Part shown: positions 1-8,809 of the stretch, piece by piece
How positions within the stretch are numbered: position 1 is the stretch's first letter
Layout of the letters: every line of letters begins with the position of its first letter
Virus record (IMG/VR): IMGVR_UViG_3300033804_000036
Source: a virus
Taxonomy: Duplodnaviria; Heunggongvirae; Uroviricota; Caudoviricetes
DNA: 64,000 nt
Strand: one strand, 5' to 3'
Notes under the pieces: model-generated
What the model was told of the DNA's origin: nothing
Databases searched by the model: none
What the model saw: only the letters and a program-made list of their open reading frames with translations
Translations under genes and position numbers: made by a program

Positions 1-533
1 CTATGGGCTTTTGGCTATATTGCTCTCCTGTCCGTAATGCTCCGCAAGTACGGGCACACACAGGTATGGACACAAGACAGCTAAGACAGTACGAAGGGTT
101 AAGAAAGCTAAGGGTCTCCTGTCTCCAATACTAGACTAACTTTTAACGTGGAACAAACATAAGCGACATGGGCGCGATTGAAACACCGTTAAAAGGACAG
201 TCCGAAGCATTACGATTAGCTTATGAGAGATTGTCTAGCATGATGTGGAAACCTAAACCTTTTTAGCTACTTCTTGGTTCAATTACAATATCCCAACCAC
301 TAGCTTAAACGGTTTTAATCATACTGTTTTGGTCTAGCGGTTTATTCTTGTGTCCATGTGGTTAAGAGAGTAGCCCCACCAAAGCCCTGCGTCACCTAGC
401 CTAGCGAGGGCCTAGAGTCTAGAGGGTGAAGTCCTCTCGAAACAACAGGAGTAGAGAGGTGCAACAGTCTAACGAAGTTTTCCACCTGTGCTTAAACCTT
501 CTCACCAACTAAAAACGAAGAGGGAAAAAGAAA

Positions 534-1055
534 ATGTCAACCGAACAAGAGCAACAGCCTAAGCCTCAAAACGAAAAGTTGGCACAGCCTATTGTGGTCG
601 ATGTGACTGACCACGACATCGTAGAAATGTTTGAACGCCAAAGCGGTTATCGCGCACTTGCAGATGAGAAGCTGAAGCTTTTGAAAGCCGAGGTTCCTGA
701 CGATATTACAAAGCTCGCCGAGGACACAAGCAAGGACAAGGCAACTCTGAAGGAGAACATTCAGAAAACTTCTCCGAAAGATGTCAAGGCAAAACTCACC
801 GCAATTTTGACGAATGAACAGCACATCCGAGATGCTCGCAAACTTGCCTTCAACAGTCTGCCCGAAGTCAAAGTCGCAAAGCTGGAAGCTCAAAGGATGT
901 CGAGAGCTTCACAAGTTTTGGCTCTACGATATGCAACTGCACTTTATCCTGATTGGGGTAAAGCGCACGTTATGGACTTGGCAAACCCGACTGACTTCAA
1001 GATTTTCTCTGAGGCTCATAAGGCTGAACTGAACAGGAAAACGAAGAGCAAATAG
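534..1055 (+). CDS. Hypothetical protein, 173 aa, charged and coiled-coil-like
   Basis: Long ORF. A purine-rich RBS (gaggg) sits upstream. The antisense ORFs are shorter. Confidence 0.5.
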   Translation: MSTEQEQQPKPQNEKLAQPIVVDVTDHDIVEMFERQSGYRALADEKLKLLKAEVPDDITKLAEDTSKDKATLKENIQKTSPKDVKAKLTAILTNEQHIRDARKLAFNSLPEVKVAKLEAQRMSRASQVLALRYATALYPDWGKAHVMDLANPTDFKIFSEAHKAELNRKTKSK

Positions 1056-1155
1056 GCTCAACTCGTTTTCCAATTCGAACCCCCGTTTTTGCCATGTTCC
1101 AATATTCTGAGAGGCTTTAGAATAGCGACATGGAGAAGCCTCAGAGGTGAGAAGA

Positions 1156-1359
1156 ATGTGGATTCTTGTTTGTGAATGCGGAGAGCATATGCACGATGAA
1201 AGAAAAGCCACAGTTGTTAAGATACTCTGGGCAACACATAACCAAACTAAACATGATGGCAAACTCACAGAACAAGATTATTGGTTACGACAGGAACATG
1301 GACAAAACGTAGAGGATTATCTTAACGCTGTAAAGCAAAACATCATCGTGGAAGCATAA
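1156..1359 (+). CDS. Small Cys/His-rich protein
   Basis: aggtga SD then ATG at 1156. The track starts at a GTG at 1147. Contains a CECGEHMH motif. Confidence 0.4.
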   Translation: MWILVCECGEHMHDERKATVVKILWATHNQTKHDGKLTEQDYWLRQEHGQNVEDYLNAVKQNIIVEA

Positions 1360-2169
1360 CCCATTTTGTTTGTGTCCACTATTCCCGATACCTCCAAGCG
1401 GTGTGGATGGATAACGCTAAAATCGGGAATGTGGGAAGGGAGCTAAACAGGTAGAAAACTTTTATCATTCAGCAGAAAATCCTTCGGCTCAAATCGGCAC
1501 TTGGCTTCCCCATGCGGACTTTCCAACTGACAAGAAACTCCTTTTCTCCCAACCTGTTGGAATTGAGACAGGCTACACGTTCTCAAGAGAATTTGTAGTC
1601 CTAGCCAAGACTGCCGAGAGCTAACGAAGGTTCTGCTGAATTGAAAGAATGTGTGTCGCCAGAAGAGATAAGGTCGCCTGTGAAGAACAGGTGCAGGTTC
1701 ACCCGACTGCTTAAAGACCTCTGCTTAAACTGACGAGGAAGCCGTCCTCAGCCACTATGTAGAATCCTGTTCTGTGCAACAGCATAGTGGTGCTGGTAAA
1801 TTCTGTCCGAGGAGTAAGCTCGATTGAGATGGCTGAAACTAGAGGCGGCGATGTTCAAGCGAAAAGTTTGAACCTCCAGACAAGTGTAACTTGTCGCAAG
1901 CACTATGCTCTTGCCGAGATGATGGCAGGATTTGAACCCTCTCAGCAAAAGCCCTAAGCAACAGTGCTCTAGTTAGAAACCGAATTTCCAGCGGTTGCAG
2001 GTATAGCGAAAAAGGGAAACTAGAGAGTCAATGACGCTGGCGGCGTAGGCACATAGGGTGAACGTGCCGAGGTGACCAAAATGTTCTGAGAACTTCTTTA
2101 AAAGGGCGGTAAGTCCGAGAGGACGGTCAATGCGACTGCTAAGAGCTAATCCGCCCTCAAAAGGGTGAG

Positions 2170-2700
2170 GTGATAACTTTGGCTAAATGCTCTTGCGGGG
2201 ATCCGAGACTGAAATTCTTGAACGCAACAACCGCCCGATGTCCACGAGGACACGTCATCGCCATCTCCAGAAACAAAGGCGAAATCACTTCCAAAAATCC
2301 AATAACTCCCTTTCCTTTTTCTCAGGGTGTAGTAATGGGGATAGGTTTTCAAGAGTCGATGCGACAGAGAACCAGAAACTTCTATCGAAGCAGAAGACAG
2401 AGGCAAGTGCAGGGCAAAGGTCACGATCCATGCCCGTTCTGCGGTCAGCCTAAAATGCGGTGGTTCGCAGTGTCCACTGAGATTTGGCGACAGTTCATGG
2501 AGGAATATGCAGATGCTAGAATGTATGTTTTCAGATGCGACAACCACAAGTGCCTAGCCAGAGAAACCACGATAATTCTTAAGACGCCGCCCTTCGAATA
2601 CACAGACGCTTACAACAGATTCGTAGACTACGTAGCACTTGCCCAAACAAAACAGCAACGAATACAGTCTCCGATAATCTTGGAACAAGAAATCCAATAA
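2170..2700 (+). CDS. Cys-rich zinc-ribbon protein, 176 aa
   Basis: gggtgagg SD then GTG start. Several CxxC / CxxxH pairs. Confidence 0.45.
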   Translation: MITLAKCSCGDPRLKFLNATTARCPRGHVIAISRNKGEITSKNPITPFPFSQGVVMGIGFQESMRQRTRNFYRSRRQRQVQGKGHDPCPFCGQPKMRWFAVSTEIWRQFMEEYADARMYVFRCDNHKCLARETTIILKTPPFEYTDAYNRFVDYVALAQTKQQRIQSPIILEQEIQ

Positions 2701-2722
2701 TTCTCCCTCCGTTTTTTCTCTG

Positions 2723-3073
2723 TTGATTGAAGTTAAAGAAAATATTACAGAAGAAGAAGTGGCACAGCTTCTAAAGGATATCAAAGGAAGAAACCAGCAG
2801 GTTCGCGTTCGCCTACGAACCCATTACTTCACAGCAAGCGAAGCTGACATAGATACTTACCCTGAACTCACTTGGGATGCCCTCATCATCACCAAAGACG
2901 CAGCGAGAGAAAAGCGCATGCTTATCGCCCTAGTGAACATTCAAGGCCATGGAAAAGTGTACGAAGTCAACAATGAACTTTACGAAGACGTCGTGTCAGA
3001 CAGAAAGCCAGTCTCAGCCATACGAGAAGGAACATTCATACTTGACTTTGACGACAGCCTAGCAGACCACTAA
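2723..3073 (+). CDS. Hypothetical protein, 116 aa
   Basis: ORF ending just before the next motif. Non-ATG (TTG) start, so the start is uncertain. Confidence 0.35.
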   Translation: MIEVKENITEEEVAQLLKDIKGRNQQVRVRLRTHYFTASEADIDTYPELTWDALIITKDAAREKRMLIALVNIQGHGKVYEVNNELYEDVVSDRKPVSAIREGTFILDFDDSLADH

Positions 3074-3098
3074 CCCTCTTTTTCTCTCGGGTGAGTAG
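3070..3098 (+). promoter_or_regulatory. Intergenic motif copy (T-tract + GGGTGA SD) upstream of the ligase gene
   Basis: taaCCCTCTTTTTCTCTCGGGTGAGTAGATG. Confidence 0.7.
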
Positions 3099-4106
3099 AT
3101 GCGAACAGCAGAGCAGTTGCTTAAAGCAGGATTGATGTTGTGTGACACGCCGACAGTCAAGAGTGCACAGAATCTTACAGTCCCTATCAGGAAATACGAG
3201 AGCAAATTTGATGGCACGAGAGGTAAAGGCGCGAATCTTGGAAACAACCAGATAGAGATCATCGGCAGGGACAGAGGCAACGGTCAGGGAACGTTGTATG
3301 GAACAAGAGGAAACCTTCCAGAACTGAACAAGGACATGCAGAGAGCACCTGCACAAACAGTTTTTGACATGGAAATAATCGGACGCAACGAAGTGGGCAT
3401 CGTAACTTTTTCCATCAGCCAGACACGATGTGCAAACCATAAAGCCGTTCCATCAATTGTAGAGCAGAATCCCATCACGGGAATGTGCTTTGACATTCTG
3501 ATGTTGAGAGGAAAAGAAGTTTGGCAGTTGCCTTATCTGGGACGGAAAGCCATCTTGAAAGAGGAACTCAGCACGGGAGGATATGAACACCTAGAATATT
3601 CTGAGCATTACGACGACGGTCGAGAGTTGTGGAAGAATGTTGAGCAGGGATACATGGAAGGCGTGATTGCAAAAGTGGCGGCAAGCCCGTACACTTTCAG
3701 CAGAGGACCTGAATGGTGGAAGCTGAAGTTTCAACAGGACATAATAGTCGACGTAGTCGGCTACACGGCTGGAAAAAACGCTCGGGAAGGACTTTTCGGA
3801 GCGCTGATCGTCACCAAAGACGGAAAACACATCGGAGAAGTCGGCCCAGGACACTTAGAAAGGTCAGAATCCGAGAAGCTGACCGCTTTTTTGAACGCTC
3901 AACCCAAAATTCCATGTCCATTCCTCATTGACAAGCCATATCAAGCCATCCGAACCACGCTTCAAGCAGACGTGACCTTCCACAGACTCTCAAAATACGG
4001 AATAATGCGGTTCCCGGTGCTGAACAGAACCATCTACCCTCAACAAGTGCAGTTGCAAGACTGTCCGAAGCCGACAACATCACCAATTTCCCCTTTTTCT
4101 GGGTGA
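3099..4106 (+). CDS. ATP-dependent DNA ligase-like nucleotidyltransferase, 335 aa
   Basis: Motif I KFDGTRG, motif III FDMEII, motif IV EGVIAK, motif V WWKLK. An OB-like C-terminal region follows. Confidence 0.72.
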   Translation: MRTAEQLLKAGLMLCDTPTVKSAQNLTVPIRKYESKFDGTRGKGANLGNNQIEIIGRDRGNGQGTLYGTRGNLPELNKDMQRAPAQTVFDMEIIGRNEVGIVTFSISQTRCANHKAVPSIVEQNPITGMCFDILMLRGKEVWQLPYLGRKAILKEELSTGGYEHLEYSEHYDDGRELWKNVEQGYMEGVIAKVAASPYTFSRGPEWWKLKFQQDIIVDVVGYTAGKNAREGLFGALIVTKDGKHIGEVGPGHLERSESEKLTAFLNAQPKIPCPFLIDKPYQAIRTTLQADVTFHRLSKYGIMRFPVLNRTIYPQQVQLQDCPKPTTSPISPFSG

Positions 4107-4113
4107 AAGTAGA

Positions 4114-4293
4114 ATGGAGTTAAAATTAACGAAATCCAAAGGCACTACAACGCTAGTCTTCTACGTCAGCGAACAGAGATACGCAGATGCCGAGAAGCTT
4201 GTAGAAAGCGCTGAACTTAAGGCTGTCTTCCAGAAATTCGGCTTTCCAATCGAAGCGGTAGTAAAATCCTCAGTCAGGGCACTACAACATTAG
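4114..4293 (+). CDS. Small hypothetical protein, 59 aa
   Basis: Motif gggtgaaagtagaATG. Below the ORF-track cutoff. In frame to TAG at 4291. Confidence 0.35.
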   Translation: MELKLTKSKGTTTLVFYVSEQRYADAEKLVESAELKAVFQKFGFPIEAVVKSSVRALQH

Positions 4294-4439
4294 AATGCAA
4301 GAGCTTCTTCCTCCATGTTAACCCCTTCTTTTTTCTCTATGGGTGAGCTTGCGAGGCTCGACTGTCATTGGCAGAAACCATGCCTTAAATGTGTCGTTTG
4401 CCCTGCTCAGTCAGCCCGCAGCCACTCGGGTGAATGTAG

Positions 4440-4805
4440 ATGACGTTTCATCTAGCGTTTAAAGTGACGGAAGTTAGAGAAGACGAACATAACCCTGACC
4501 ACGTCCAACTCTACGCAGTAGTCGAAGCCCCTCAAGAACCCAAACAACAGCAACAGCCTAAAGTAATACAAATCGGCATTCCAGAGAAAGACGACGTATC
4601 CAATTTCGGACAGAAACTCCAAACGTCGCTGACAGAAGCAGGGCTAATGCCACAGCAAAGAAAACGTCCCATAGCGGGAATCAGCCTGTACATCTCAGCG
4701 CACCAGTTCATCCAGCTTGGCAGACCTTCAGTCGGAGACCTCATCAGCATAGACGCGGAAACCCTGCCGAGAGGTTTTGACGCGCCCGCCAAGTCCGAGG
4801 AATAA
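4440..4805 (+). CDS. Hypothetical protein, 121 aa
   Basis: gggtgaatgtagATG motif start. Confidence 0.45.
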   Translation: MTFHLAFKVTEVREDEHNPDHVQLYAVVEAPQEPKQQQQPKVIQIGIPEKDDVSNFGQKLQTSLTEAGLMPQQRKRPIAGISLYISAHQFIQLGRPSVGDLISIDAETLPRGFDAPAKSEE

Positions 4806-4807
4806 CC

Positions 4808-5005
4808 ATGACCCAGAAGGTTGACGGCAAACATCCACAGAAGATTGAAGTCCCACCAGACGGCTGTGACGCATGGCCCCATTGCAACACCTGTCCATAC
4901 CCATGCACGGAAACACAGATCGCCGAGAAAGTCGGCAAAATCAGACAACAACTCATAGCAAATGCTGAAAGACGAAAGAACCCAAACTGGAAGAACGACC
5001 TATGA
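4808..5005 (+). CDS. Small Cys-rich protein, 65 aa
   Basis: ATG overlaps the upstream stop. Contains CDAWPHCNTCPYPC. Confidence 0.35.
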   Translation: MTQKVDGKHPQKIEVPPDGCDAWPHCNTCPYPCTETQIAEKVGKIRQQLIANAERRKNPNWKNDL

Positions 5006-5527
5006 AAGTTCACAGATACGTGATTTGCAATGTCAAACAAGAACACTGGAAAGACGTTGAAGAAGCGTTGATAACCCTAGTTCAAAAAGGAATCATAAAA
5101 ACTACAGATGTCCACACAATGGAAGAAGAGGAAAGAAAATGACTTGGTGTCGTAAGCAGCAGAGAGAAGTCAAAGAATCGGATGAGTGCCTGTTCTGCGA
5201 CGAGTACGAGCCGAACCAATGGGACAACTGGTGCAAACTCAAAAGGAAAAGAATCTAACTTCCGCACCCCCTATTTCTACACAGTTAGGGTAGACCTTTT
5301 CAGTGCAGAATACCCACTCGTGTCCATAGCGCCCATCAGGGTGAATAAATGACAGGCCCAGAATTTTTTCAGACACCGATGGGACGCGACTTCTACGACC
5401 ATACGATGCCAGCGATAGCCAAAGCTTTAACGCGGATAGCAACTGCTATGAAGCAAGACACAAACCTAGCACTTGTCAAATAGCAAATTCTAAATAATAC
5501 TTCCACCTTTTTCTAGGGTGAAGCCGA

Positions 5528-5923
5528 ATGTTGAAGTGGCTTAGGAAACTCCTGCGGTTCAGGAATCACGATAGTTTTCAAAAAACAGAAACTGAAAACC
5601 ATGGGGAAACGGAGAAACGTATTAGAGCCGAGGAAAACCCCAAAGCGATGACGAGCGACACTCCTCCCATTCCCCACTCTACAACATGGCCTAGAAACCC
5701 CACCTTCTCCGAAGTGATTGACCTTTCCCCTGAAAACCTAAGCAGACCTACGAGGCAAAGGCGATTGCCGAACCCTGAACTTCCTTCTAAGCAACTGCAC
5801 AGCCGACCTCTTTCTGAAATGAGTCTTGGCAAACGTGGAATGCACCGATCTAAAGCGTCAACGGCACACCAGAACAGACTGTGGAATCCTAAAGCGAAAC
5901 CTGAAGACCCTGAAGACGACTAA
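5528..5923 (+). CDS. Hypothetical basic, proline-rich protein, 131 aa
   Basis: ggtgaagccgaATG motif start. Confidence 0.4.
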   Translation: MLKWLRKLLRFRNHDSFQKTETENHGETEKRIRAEENPKAMTSDTPPIPHSTTWPRNPTFSEVIDLSPENLSRPTRQRRLPNPELPSKQLHSRPLSEMSLGKRGMHRSKASTAHQNRLWNPKAKPEDPEDD

Positions 5924-5962
5924 TCCCTTTTTTCTTTTTTTTCCGCTTTGGGTGAAGCCGAA

Positions 5963-6688
5963 ATGGTTTTACTGCAGATAGAAGACCTCAGCGTGGAAGT
6001 CAGCAAGAAAAAGCTGAACAGCAACATACTGTTTCCAGAGCCGAAGCCGTATCGGCCGTTGAAGCAGCTTGACGAAAAAGCAAAGGTCATCGACCCAGCC
6101 GACGTAGTTGAATTGCACCGCCAACGTACATACACTCTTCGGGCCGACGGTTCAGTGATTGGAACAACGGCGCAGGTGTCGTACAAGGATGAATGGGTTG
6201 ACAACGAAGGCAAAGTAGCCGACATAATCCTGTGGCTTCTCATGAAAGACGGCAAGCTTGTTCCATCGAAGCAGTACAGCGCCTCCAGGGTCATCACAGG
6301 AATTCTTCAGATCTCGAGGAAGATTGTGGAGAACTGGGTTCCTGAAAGCGTCTACGAAATCTACATCAGCCGCAGAAAATACAACGAAGCTGAATACGGA
6401 CGTATGCAGGCGCTTCTGTTCAAGAAGGCTGAAGAATGGTACGCCAACGACAGGGCTATGCTTGGACAATTCGTCTTCAGAGAGGGCGGCAGACCGTACG
6501 CCATGCTATTGTTCCCATACATCAGGAAGGAAGGCAACACCTGCAAGTTCTGTTTCGTCATGGCGTGCAGCAGAACAAAACAGGAATTCGAGAACCTGAT
6601 GGAGTTCTCAACTGCACTGAGACAGCCGACTGTGCTTCTGGCTGAGGAACCGAACAACGAGGAACTATTGAGAGCAATTGCTCAGTAA
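5963..6688 (+). CDS. Hypothetical protein, ~241 aa
   Basis: gggtgaagccgaaATG. The track ORF begins 15 nt earlier at a TTG inside the motif. Confidence 0.5.
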   Translation: MVLLQIEDLSVEVSKKKLNSNILFPEPKPYRPLKQLDEKAKVIDPADVVELHRQRTYTLRADGSVIGTTAQVSYKDEWVDNEGKVADIILWLLMKDGKLVPSKQYSASRVITGILQISRKIVENWVPESVYEIYISRRKYNEAEYGRMQALLFKKAEEWYANDRAMLGQFVFREGGRPYAMLLFPYIRKEGNTCKFCFVMACSRTKQEFENLMEFSTALRQPTVLLAEEPNNEELLRAIAQ

Positions 6689-6721
6689 ATCCCAAAGCAA
6701 AGGCAGTGGTGCGGAAGCCAA

Positions 6722-6955
6722 ATGACTGGGAGTCTTAGACACTGTGAAGATTGTGGAAAAGCTATAAGCGCGAATGCTTTTGCACATCGAAAACCAAAAG
6801 ACAAATTGGTTTTATTATGTCAAAAATGTAAGCTACATAAACGTACTGGAACTAATAATCCGAATTGGAAAGGCGATGCGGCTACGTACAGAGCAAAAAG
6901 ATATCGCATTACAAAGGCAAAGAATAGACATGTTAAGGGACTACATCATTTTTAA
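6722..6955 (+). CDS. Small HNH-like zinc-binding protein, 77 aa
   Basis: CEDCGK ... AHRKP ... LLCQKCKLHK resembles a degenerate HNH motif. Confidence 0.35.
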   Translation: MTGSLRHCEDCGKAISANAFAHRKPKDKLVLLCQKCKLHKRTGTNNPNWKGDAATYRAKRYRITKAKNRHVKGLHHF

Positions 6956-7012
6956 GCAATAGCTCAGTAGATTCCAAACAATTTCCCTTCTTTTTTCCTG
7001 ATAAAATTATGG

Positions 7013-7231
7013 GTGAAAGAGTTGGTCAAAGTTGGAAAGATTAGACTGTCCGAGGAAGAGGTTCGATTACTAAACATGACTCCTACCAAAACTTGTTGGT
7101 TATGCACCGACATCGCTTCGCGTGTACGTGAAGATGCACAGGGCTATTTTCTGCTTGAAACTGCACTAGACGACGACGGAAAAGCTGAGCATCTGAGACA
7201 GGTAATCGGAAGAGAACCCACAGTAACCTGA
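7013..7231 (+). CDS. Hypothetical protein, 72 aa
   Basis: The start is the GTG inside the GGGTGAA motif. It could instead be the ATG at 7077. Confidence 0.3.
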   Translation: MKELVKVGKIRLSEEEVRLLNMTPTKTCWLCTDIASRVREDAQGYFLLETALDDDGKAEHLRQVIGREPTVT

Positions 7232-7245
7232 GGAGAGGAATAAAG

Positions 7246-7491
7246 ATGAAATACAAAGTTATAGTGAAAATTACAACAGAGGCCAAGGACGCTCAAGAAG
7301 CTGAAAACAATGCGTGGGCTTATCTCTGTCAATGCGATAAAAGCGACGTAGAGTTTGAAGTTCAAGACCCTGAACATGACGAGCAAGGTCACAGAATAAG
7401 AAACCCTAATGCAACACCTGAAGACCAATGTTTTAAGTGTCCAGACAAGTACACTGCTAACTGTACTACGGAGAAATGTTTAGTCGAATAA
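7246..7491 (+). CDS. Small Cys-rich protein, 81 aa
   Basis: gaggagagg RBS. C-terminus CFKCPDKYTANCTTEKCLVE. A frameshifted copy of this tail lies at 20285-20357. Confidence 0.45.
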   Translation: MKYKVIVKITTEAKDAQEAENNAWAYLCQCDKSDVEFEVQDPEHDEQGHRIRNPNATPEDQCFKCPDKYTANCTTEKCLVE

Positions 7492-7516
7492 TCCTCTTTT
7501 TTTGTTGGGTGATAAA

Positions 7517-7750
7517 ATGGACTTTCGAGAGTTAGATGAGGACGGACTTACCATCTGTCCACAATGTAGAAAACACTATAGGCCAGTGTTAGGCGAACGG
7601 CCGAAAGGAGACAACCGACCGGTACAACAGATTTTTCCAAACGCTAAGAAATTCGAATTGGAACAGCTTATTACAGGTATATGCAGCGATGCTTGCTGGA
7701 ACAAGTATCTAGGAATAAGAGCAAGTGCACACACACTCAAACGGGAATAA
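7517..7750 (+). CDS. Zinc-ribbon protein
   Basis: gggtgataaaATG. Contains CPQCRKHY. Confidence 0.45.
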   Translation: MDFRELDEDGLTICPQCRKHYRPVLGERPKGDNRPVQQIFPNAKKFELEQLITGICSDACWNKYLGIRASAHTLKRE

Positions 7751-7777
7751 TTCCTCTCTTTTTTGTCGGGTGAAAGT

Positions 7778-7981
7778 ATGCCGTGGCATGAAACAGAAGA
7801 GATGCACAACGTCAAGACGTTGCTGATGACTATAAACCTGCAAGCTGTCAAAGGAGAAATTCCTATCGACGACTACAACATGTTCCTTGAAAGCCTCAAC
7901 GAAGACATCTCGCCAGAATATCGGATAGTGAAAAAACGCCGTCCAGTCTCATCGAGAACGGTTGTCACCCGGTATCCGTAA
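7778..7981 (+). CDS. Hypothetical protein
   Basis: gtcgggtgaaagtATG motif start. Confidence 0.4.
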   Translation: MPWHETEEMHNVKTLLMTINLQAVKGEIPIDDYNMFLESLNEDISPEYRIVKKRRPVSSRTVVTRYP

Positions 7982-8013
7982 CCTGCCGCCGCAAGCGCAC
8001 GAGGGACTAAGTA

Positions 8014-8280
8014 ATGCCTGCCCTTTACATTCATGAACTCTACGCCAAAGTCTCCAAGGCCCGTGAGTCATGTGCAGGTTCAAAAGTTGCAGACCTGCCT
8101 GTGGTTCTCAGAAATATTCAAGACGCATTAAACTATGCAGTTGCTAATCAGGCGGAACAATCGGTTATAATGAAACTCAACCAAGCATTGTCTCAAGTGA
8201 AAAACGCATCAGTCTGGGAAGACAGACTTCCAGCCGACGACTTACTCTGCGACATAATGAACCATGACCTAACTGTTTAA
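8014..8280 (+). CDS. Hypothetical protein, 88 aa
   Basis: ORF with an upstream purine-rich site. Confidence 0.4.
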   Translation: MPALYIHELYAKVSKARESCAGSKVADLPVVLRNIQDALNYAVANQAEQSVIMKLNQALSQVKNASVWEDRLPADDLLCDIMNHDLTV

Positions 8281-8322
8281 ATTCTTAAATCCTACTTTTT
8301 TCTATTTATGCCGGGTGACAAG

Positions 8323-8544
8323 ATGAGTTATTGGAGATTGCTATGTCTTCTGCCGTTGGCGTACATCATATGGTGGTTCTACGCTCTTTTGACCTGGATT
8401 ATCCCTGCCGCTAACAATCCAATCGGAGGAATCGCTGGAACAACTTGGCTGCAAGTAGTATCAGTCATCCTCTTCTTCTCACTGGGCCTCCTACTGTTGA
8501 TAGTTGCCTTCATAGCTTTCGTCGGAGTACTCATAGCAGATTGA
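8323..8544 (+). CDS. Small membrane protein
   Basis: ccgggtgacaagATG. Two hydrophobic helices. Confidence 0.45.
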   Translation: MSYWRLLCLLPLAYIIWWFYALLTWIIPAANNPIGGIAGTTWLQVVSVILFFSLGLLLLIVAFIAFVGVLIAD

Positions 8545-8656
8545 GTTTCAATCCCTTTTTTTTCTTTGTCGGGTGAAGCGGAGACCGTCCAGTAGGCAAT
8601 TAACGCAACTGCGTAAAACCCGAAAGACTTCATCCGCTCACCATCGGGTGAGAAAA

Positions 8657-8785
8657 ATGAGAAGGAAAAACCCATGCAAGTCCTGTAAAATCGTCCTCTG
8701 CGTTCCCGAAGAAAACGAGAGTTGCGTCCAACGCAGACTTTTCGTAAAGCCAAAACCAACAAAGAAAAAGCATATTCGATACTAG
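8657..8785 (+). CDS. Small zinc-ribbon protein, 42 aa
   Basis: cgggtgagaaaaATG. CKSCKIV ... CVPEENESC. Confidence 0.3.
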   Translation: MRRKNPCKSCKIVLCVPEENESCVQRRLFVKPKPTKKKHIRY

Positions 8786-8809
8786 CCTTTCTTTTTTTCT
8801 GGGTGAATA

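Noticed and set aside
537-1268. Antisense ORFs 537-893(-), 814-1032(+) and 924-1268(-) overlapping gene 534-1055
   Set aside because: They are shorter and lack an RBS. They lie opposite the dominant coding frame in a strictly + strand array, so they are almost certainly spurious.
2020-2170. Possible RNase P RNA (GGGTGAACG ... GGTGACC and GGTAAGTCCGAGAGG snippets)
   Set aside because: The conserved regions are not in the canonical order or spacing, and the P4 pairing could not be built by hand. It is kept only as a generic structured-RNA candidate.
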